A stretch of 52,196 bases of DNA from a virus (lineage: Duplodnaviria; Caudoviricetes): IMG/VR virus record IMGVR_UViG_3300047552_000351, positions 1-52,196 of that record; one strand, 5' to 3'. Made by a program: the position numbers and the translations under genes. Each line of letters starts with the position of its first letter. The stretch's first letter is position 1. This document shows positions 46,992 to 52,196 of this stretch, piece after piece. The notes beneath the pieces are model-generated. The model saw nothing but the letters and a program-made list of their open reading frames with translations, searched no databases and was not told the origin of the DNA.

Positions 46992-47436
46992 CAAAGTGCT
47001 TCCCATAACAATTTTTGACCTTGCAATAGACTTTTTGTGTCTATTCTTGGACGTGATTTTGTATTCCAATTGCCTCCACCTGCAAAACCTATTAATCTCC
47101 ATCCCGCACCCCTTAGGCTTGCCCCGCCTTCGTCAGGTAATGTGTAAGTTATCAGTCGTTTATACCCTAAATTCTTTGCAACTCTCCATGCTGCTCCATA
47201 CAACATTGAACATGCGTTTTTGTGCCGTCCGTGCAGACTCTATTAACTTCAAGAGTCCATCCGTCATCGTTACCCCTAGCAACAGGCCTTCCAATTATCG
47301 CAACTCCTCGCACTATCGAGTTTTCATCACTAACAGCCAAGCAGAACTTGCACCCAGGGACTGGAGCGTGATGCCTATGCTTAGTTTCAACAAAAGCATT
47401 TGCCTCGTCTAGGTTTATTGGCGTTATTTCGAGCAT
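46991..47436 (-). pseudogene. XF1762-family (Mom-like, GNAT fold) gene split by a 1-nt frameshift
   Basis: ORFs 47167..47436 and 46991..47206 join as ...EVNRVCTDGTK|NACSMLYGAAWR...ITYTL..E.GASLR.AGW if one A is added to the A5 run at 47217-47221. Confidence 0.8.
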
Positions 47437-47469
47437 GTTTAATGTGTCGTTTTGTCCAGTCTACCACAC

Positions 47470-47769
47470 TCAGCAGCCGTGATTATGACTGTCGATGTCG
47501 ATTGCTTCCACTTGTGCGCGGTACTCTAACAGGAACATCGCACGATCCCACAATGGCAGAATCGCCTCTATGATACGAAGCAATCTAGCCTTTTCCTGAT
47601 CCACGTCGTAAGACTCGATGCAGCTCGCCCACTTCAGATAGTCCGTTGCTGCTTCGATCAGATGAGCGACTAGCCATTCTGAAGGATGCTCATCGTCGTA
47701 TTCGTGGATCGGATCGTGCTGAGCAAGCGCGCCAACCAGGTCGTCTAGTGCTTTGTGAGTTGTTGCCAC
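47470..47769 (-). CDS. hypothetical acidic protein
   Basis: AGGA RBS, GTG start. Confidence 0.6.
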   Translation of the reverse strand: MATTHKALDDLVGALAQHDPIHEYDDEHPSEWLVAHLIEAATDYLKWASCIESYDVDQEKARLLRIIEAILPLWDRAMFLLEYRAQVEAIDIDSHNHGC

Positions 47770-47859
47770 TGTCTTTGTCCTATTTCTAAATCGTTTCTAC
47801 GTTGTTATACACGCCACTACGTATTGCCACTTTATGCGCCCTCTGTTTAAGTTGCGCGT

Positions 47860-47890
47860 AGTGTAGCACACAGTACGGCAGAGATGTCAA
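47860..47890 (-). promoter_or_regulatory. putative promoter
   Basis: TTGACA-19 nt-TACACT with TG extension; spacer longer than ideal. Confidence 0.4.
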
Positions 47891-47894
47891 GCAA

Positions 47895-48230
47895 AACGAT
47901 GCGAAAAAATTGAAAATTTTGCTAGTAAATTCATAATTCACTATCATTAAATTGTTGTGATAGTACAACAAAATTGCGACATGAGGCTTTCTCAGCTCCC
48001 TATTAAAGAAAAAATGGTGATAACTAATAAAGTGAGAAAGAACACACTCTATTTTCTCATTATATTATATTATTAGTATTATATTGTTCGGTGTGTGGTG
48101 AGAATAAGCAAACGCTAATATACGAAATGCACTAATATGGTGCATGTTTTGTATTAACAAAATGATGAAAAGTTCAATGCCGTAAACGCTGCGCTTTATC
48201 ACGTTTTGAACCTTTAACAACATCGCATGT
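47895..48230. other. AT-rich non-coding region, putative replication origin
   Basis: Most AT-rich stretch of the window; TGAGAA/TTCTCA and TGATA/TATCA repeats; directly downstream of the primase-helicase gene. Confidence 0.55.
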
Positions 48231-48240
48231 CTAAGCGCGC

Positions 48241-48265
48241 AAAAAAAAGCCGCCCGAAGGCGGCT
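48241..48265 (-). terminator. Rho-independent terminator after the primase gene
   Basis: GCCGCC-TTCG-GGCGGC followed by T8. Confidence 0.9.
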
Positions 48266-48281
48266 CAATTACGGAGACAAT

Positions 48282-50345
48282 CTAATCACCAGGGCCAATG
48301 GCCCAAGATCCGAACATTCCGCGCGGCTGATGAATTTCTCCAGCCTTGCGCAGTTCTGTCAGCCTTCTTGCCGCAGTTGGATCAGATACAGCGAATTCGA
48401 GCTTTATGGCGTTTTTGATGTCGTTTCCTGACATTGTACCAGCACCAAGAAGATTCAAAACGAAGTCCTTCATTTCTGTCGCCGTGTCTCGTACGTCTTT
48501 CTGTCCTCCTCCGTTGCCGTTCCCTGGCAAACCATCCGCTTCGTCTGCAAAGTCCTGAGCCCGCCCATGATCGACCGACAGAACGTCGATTCTTGATGTT
48601 GCAACTTCGACCAGAGTTTCATCCTCGCCGTTCCAGTGCCGTGATAGGACAGAATGCCCGACAATGCGGTACTTGAAACACGTTGACCCAACCGGGTAGT
48701 TGTTGAACTTGCGAGTGAACATTCTAAACGTTTGGTCAGTTGGCTCGCTGTTCTTCTCTTCCATGCACACCAACACGCCGCGACTCATGTTACCAATTGC
48801 TCCGGCCCCAGCGATCCGCTCTAGCGGATCTTGCCCTTGCGAGCCCTTCTTGAAGTGAGACACGAACAGAATCGCCATGTGGATCTGCTCTGCAATGTGA
48901 ACCAATGGCACAAGTCGCTCGCGGACCTCGCTATTTTTATGAGAGTCAACACCGCTCAACGCTTCCGAAACGTTGTCGATAATAAGCAGCTTCGGGCGCA
49001 GCTCGTTGCACGCCGAAACAAGTGTTTTCATATCCTTACCTGGAATGAACTGCTTGCGCCGGTCATCCTGCATGACTGCCGTGATGATGCGTATGCGGTC
49101 CAGGTCCGCGCCAAACGCGATCAATCGAGGAACGATAACCTCTTCGTAGTTATCCTCTGACGAGTACAGGATAACGTCACCAGGTTCATCCATTTCGTGC
49201 CCGTCTGGAAACCCGCCTCCACGAGAAACGCACGCAGCGATGAAGAATGACCATGTGGACTTACCAGTCCCGGCCATGCCGGCTAGGATTGTCATCGCCC
49301 TCAACTGGATACGGCCAGGCCATAGCCAATCAGTGTTCCTGATCCTAACGTTGGAAGCCTTGATCGTTTCGAGTCCGCAGATAACCTCGCGCTTGTCAGG
49401 GTCCACCAAGTCTATGATGCTGGCATCGTCTGCGCACGACAGGTCCATACTGTCAAGGTCAAACTCGTCGGCTTTCTTCTTCGACTCCTTTGCTATATGA
49501 AAAACTGATTCGTAGCTGATACCAGCTCCAGGCTTGAAATCGTTCTGCCACTTCCATCGTGTTTCACCTGGCCGGTACTTCGAAGACTGCCGCGACCAAC
49601 CATCCCATAGCACGAACCCGACGTCGCCAAGCTCACGCAGTGCCATGCCGACTCTAACCCACGTATCCCGGTCGTCAGCGTCACAGTCTCGCAACGCTTC
49701 GCGAAGTTCTGATTGCAACACCGCATCGGCATACCGGAGACCTCCAATTGGCGCGTCTGATTGCTTACGCTCGATGGCGAGATCCCTGATCCAATCCGGC
49801 AATGGTCCTGGCGCGTTGCCATCGGTCGGATCGCTGGACGCCTCCCACTCGTACTGTCCGCCGCTCTTATGGTTGCTTGGCTCCAGCAAGACATACTTAT
49901 TTAATAGCATGTCCACGCCAGGTCCGAGCGTGCCTGGTATCCCGTCCGCCGATTCTGGCCTTAAGAAAAAGAAATGCTGGCCGCCCCCACCGCTGTATTG
50001 GTGAACGTCTGTCTGGAACTTTCCGCGCTCTGTCTCCAGACGTTCCAGTGTTTCGTTGCCTCCATTCCTAGGATCGATGTCAACGCACGCAAGACCGGAC
50101 AGCGCTAGGTTGCATCCTATGTTGGCTTCCGGGTACGACGCCCACCATTCCTCAATGAGGTCAACGTCGGTCGTCGCATCGCCCATGCCTTTTGGCGCTT
50201 CGCTCCCGATTGGATGTTTGCCAGGAGACGAGCAGCTAGCGCGTCCGCACGCGCATTGCCCCGCTTCGTTGACCCACCACACAGGGAACACATGCCATCC
50301 TAGCTCTGCGTAAGCCTTTGCAGCTTCTAGCTTTTTCGATATCAT
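48282..50345 (-). CDS. bifunctional primase-polymerase with PriCT-2 and AAA (RepA-like) helicase domains
   Basis: GWHVFP, CACG..SC..PGKHP, VDIDPRNGG, WVRVGMAL...WDGWS, GMAGTGKST, LLIID. Confidence 0.92.
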   Translation of the reverse strand: MISKKLEAAKAYAELGWHVFPVWWVNEAGQCACGRASCSSPGKHPIGSEAPKGMGDATTDVDLIEEWWASYPEANIGCNLALSGLACVDIDPRNGGNETLERLETERGKFQTDVHQYSGGGGQHFFFLRPESADGIPGTLGPGVDMLLNKYVLLEPSNHKSGGQYEWEASSDPTDGNAPGPLPDWIRDLAIERKQSDAPIGGLRYADAVLQSELREALRDCDADDRDTWVRVGMALRELGDVGFVLWDGWSRQSSKYRPGETRWKWQNDFKPGAGISYESVFHIAKESKKKADEFDLDSMDLSCADDASIIDLVDPDKREVICGLETIKASNVRIRNTDWLWPGRIQLRAMTILAGMAGTGKSTWSFFIAACVSRGGGFPDGHEMDEPGDVILYSSEDNYEEVIVPRLIAFGADLDRIRIITAVMQDDRRKQFIPGKDMKTLVSACNELRPKLLIIDNVSEALSGVDSHKNSEVRERLVPLVHIAEQIHMAILFVSHFKKGSQGQDPLERIAGAGAIGNMSRGVLVCMEEKNSEPTDQTFRMFTRKFNNYPVGSTCFKYRIVGHSVLSRHWNGEDETLVEVATSRIDVLSVDHGRAQDFADEADGLPGNGNGGGQKDVRDTATEMKDFVLNLLGAGTMSGNDIKNAIKLEFAVSDPTAARRLTELRKAGEIHQPRGMFGSWAIGPGD

Positions 50346-50354
50346 AAGAACAAC

Positions 50355-50363
50355 TTATCCACA
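50355..50363 (+). promoter_or_regulatory. consensus DnaA box
   Basis: TTATCCACA; single copy. Confidence 0.35.
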
Positions 50364-50368
50364 GATTA

Positions 50369-50402
50369 TTGACAGGTAAAGCAAATAGGACTAATTTAGT
50401 CC
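50369..50402 (+). promoter_or_regulatory. repressor promoter and operator
   Basis: TTGACA-17 nt-TAATTT, with the palindrome GGACTAA-T-TTAGTCC (50388-50402) over the -10. Confidence 0.65.
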
Positions 50403-50443
50403 ACAACGCAACATTGCGCGATTAGCCCAAACGGTGGCACAAT

Positions 50444-51067
50444 ATGAATACGCAAACTGCGATTTTGTATCACAAAGAGACGCCTAAGTCCATTAAAGTA
50501 TCGCACGCCATGACAACAACTAAACGGGACCGATACGAAGGATTCGCGCCTACTGAGTTCGGCAACCGCGTCAAGCGGCTGCGCAGGATCAAGGGAATGA
50601 CCCTGGAAGAACTCGGCAAAAAGTGCGGCGTCAAAAAAACGACCGTCAGCCAGTGGGAAACCGGACGCATCAAAGCACCAGAAGGAGGAACGGTTATTGA
50701 CCTAGCCAACGCGCTAGGCGTAAGCCCGGAGTGGCTGATCTACGGACGCGAGGATTACACTGGCAGCGTCGTTCCGAAGCACGCGGTATTGCCGGAACCG
50801 ACTGGCCCATCGGAAGAGTACGCACGCGATCTATTTAATAAGCTTGACGGCCTACCAATGCGTCAGCGCGTTCCTATCCTGGCCGCGCTTCAGCAGATGC
50901 TAGACAATGCACAACGCGTAGATGATGTCAAGGAACTACATCACGGCAATGGAGTGGCACGAGTTATAGACTCGCCACAGATTCGAAGCGACTCAATCAC
51001 ATCAACTTTTTCAGGGCCATTTAGAAGGAAGACCGACAGCAATGATGAATCGGGTAGTGGCGTTTAA
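50444..51067 (+). CDS. CI-like XRE HTH repressor
   Basis: FGNRVKRLR...MTLEELGKKCGVKKTTVSQWETG...LANALGVSPEWLIYG; no S24 peptidase motif seen. Confidence 0.88.
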   Translation: MNTQTAILYHKETPKSIKVSHAMTTTKRDRYEGFAPTEFGNRVKRLRRIKGMTLEELGKKCGVKKTTVSQWETGRIKAPEGGTVIDLANALGVSPEWLIYGREDYTGSVVPKHAVLPEPTGPSEEYARDLFNKLDGLPMRQRVPILAALQQMLDNAQRVDDVKELHHGNGVARVIDSPQIRSDSITSTFSGPFRRKTDSNDESGSGV

Positions 51068-51293
51068 CCGTACGTGGGCACATGAAAACGACGAAGCAAT
51101 AGCGGAGCTTACCGAGCTGCACAACTCTGGCGACATCCTTGGCCTGGCGTACATCGCAATCGGGCGGAACGGGATTCACACCGTCAGGGCAAGCGGTCAA
51201 GCGGTAACGCACCCGGAGATTGTGATTGGCCTCGCTATGCGGATGATGTGGGCGCTGATTGCAGATAAGGAATGCACTTGCCGCAATCGATAA
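51042..51293 (+). CDS. hypothetical protein
   Basis: ORF overlapping the repressor end. Confidence 0.6.
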   Translation: MMNRVVAFNRTWAHENDEAIAELTELHNSGDILGLAYIAIGRNGIHTVRASGQAVTHPEIVIGLAMRMMWALIADKECTCRNR

Positions 51294-51295
51294 GC

Positions 51296-51326
51296 AAAAA
51301 GCGCCAGGTTCCCATGTCTGGCGCTT
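51296..51326. terminator. hairpin terminator, possibly bidirectional
   Basis: AAGCGCCAG/CTGGCGCTT stem with a U-tract on the minus strand. Confidence 0.55.
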
Positions 51327-51421
51327 AAACTTTTATGATTCTGGTATTGCAAAGTTTCGCGCGTAGTGGGACACTATACCCACGCTGAAGGATTGGCCTG
51401 AAGCGGGAACTGGAGAAAAAC

Positions 51422-51730
51422 ATGAACAGAACTACTACAATCCTACTCGCCGCGCTACTAGCAGGATGCAGCGTATCACGCGGTACGAACTTCGAATGGC
51501 GGGATGCGAACAGCATTCGCAATGGCATGACGCGAGAACAAGTGATAGGCATCATTGGCGAGCCTAACAGCGCGGCTGGCGACGGATCGTACCTGATCTG
51601 GTCGTATGGAAGCGCCAACATGATTACTGGCTCGAATCAGTCCAAGGCTGTTAAGTTCTCATTCGATGAGAACGGAAAGACGTATGGTATCAAAGGAAAC
51701 GAATTAAAGTACCTAGTTGACCAAGAGTGA
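51422..51730 (+). CDS. lipoprotein with a SmpA/BamE-like domain
   Basis: LLAGC lipobox; IRNGMTREQVIGIIGEP...WSY...FDENG. Confidence 0.8.
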   Translation: MNRTTTILLAALLAGCSVSRGTNFEWRDANSIRNGMTREQVIGIIGEPNSAAGDGSYLIWSYGSANMITGSNQSKAVKFSFDENGKTYGIKGNELKYLVDQE

Positions 51731-51924
51731 TAGCCATGCATTACAACATCTGTTCCGGCCCAGGCGAATTCCACGTTGTAACGCGAGAGCCAGCACGTAA
51801 CACACGCGACATCTTAGAAATCGAGAACCACAGACGGTCTCGCAGGATCGACGCGCTCGAACTGTTGGCCTGCGGGTTGCGTGTGCGATATGATTCAACA
51901 CTTAGCGCATTTGAGGAAGTTTAA
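51727..51924 (+). CDS. hypothetical protein
   Basis: Overlaps both neighbours. Confidence 0.5.
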   Translation: MIAMHYNICSGPGEFHVVTREPARNTRDILEIENHRRSRRIDALELLACGLRVRYDSTLSAFEEV

Positions 51925-52196
51925 TGGACATTAAAAATGTTTTGCGATTGCATAAGTTATGGCTTAATGGCGATAGTTTTGGTAATCGTGCCGACTTGCG
52001 CGATGCCAACTTGAGCGGTGCCGACTTGCGCGATGCCAACTTGAGCGGTGCCGACTTGCGCGATGCCGACTTGCGCGACGCCAACTTGAGCGGTGCCAAC
52101 TTGAGCGGTGCCAACTTGAGCGGTGCCAACTTGAGCGGTGCCAACTTGAGAGGTGCCGACTTGCGCGATGCCAACTTGAGCGGTGCCGACTTGCGC
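51924..52196 (+). CDS. pentapeptide-repeat protein (partial, runs off the window)
   Basis: [16 protein letters not shown]...[11 protein letters not shown] repeats; GAGG RBS. Confidence 0.88.
   Translation, partial: MDIKNVLRLHKLWLNGDSFGNRADLRDANLSGADLRDANLSGADLRDADLRDANLSGANLSGANLSGANLSGANLRGADLRDANLSGADLR
51990..52196 (+). repeat. 15-bp tandem repeat encoding A(D/N)L(R/S)(D/G)
   Basis: Units GCCGACTTGCGCGAT and GCCAACTTGAGCGGT. Confidence 0.9.

Noticed and set aside
47786-48268. ORFs 47786..47971 and 48065..48268
   Set aside because: Low-complexity AT-rich translations crossing a terminator and promoter; more likely non-coding.
51990-52196. CRISPR array, or the minus-strand ORF 51902..52174
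   Set aside because: Repeats are contiguous with no spacers and encode pentapeptides on +; the minus ORF is their shadow.

Overview
This window is most of the genome of a temperate, long non-contractile-tailed (siphovirus-like) dsDNA phage, probably infecting a proteobacterium. An intact attP, whose core matches a tRNA-Leu 3' end, lies between xis and int, so this looks like the excised or virion form. Both ends fall in the + strand early operon, and the right end breaks inside a pentapeptide repeat. Layout: early genes/lar/xis/attP/int (+, 1-3 kb); phoH and the tail module (-, 3-17.9 kb) with an SLT-bearing tape measure and a G/GT-type -1 frameshift; capsid, scaffold and neck genes; a ~12 kb fibre/adhesin cluster next to the portal, including a signal-peptide FN3/beta-helix protein; portal and terminase; a small divergent operon (holin-like genes and a Mu gpF-like protein); GH19 endolysin; HslV-like peptidase; a self-contained IbrA/IbrB-like cassette in which an ectoine-synthase (EctC)-like cupin is fused to the ParB-like IbrB domain (best candidate for an undescribed system); metallophosphoesterase; RusA; a frameshifted XF1762/Mom-like gene; an AT-rich putative origin; primase-polymerase/helicase; and an immunity region with a repressor and no cro. 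All family calls come from motif recognition by eye; no database searches were run.
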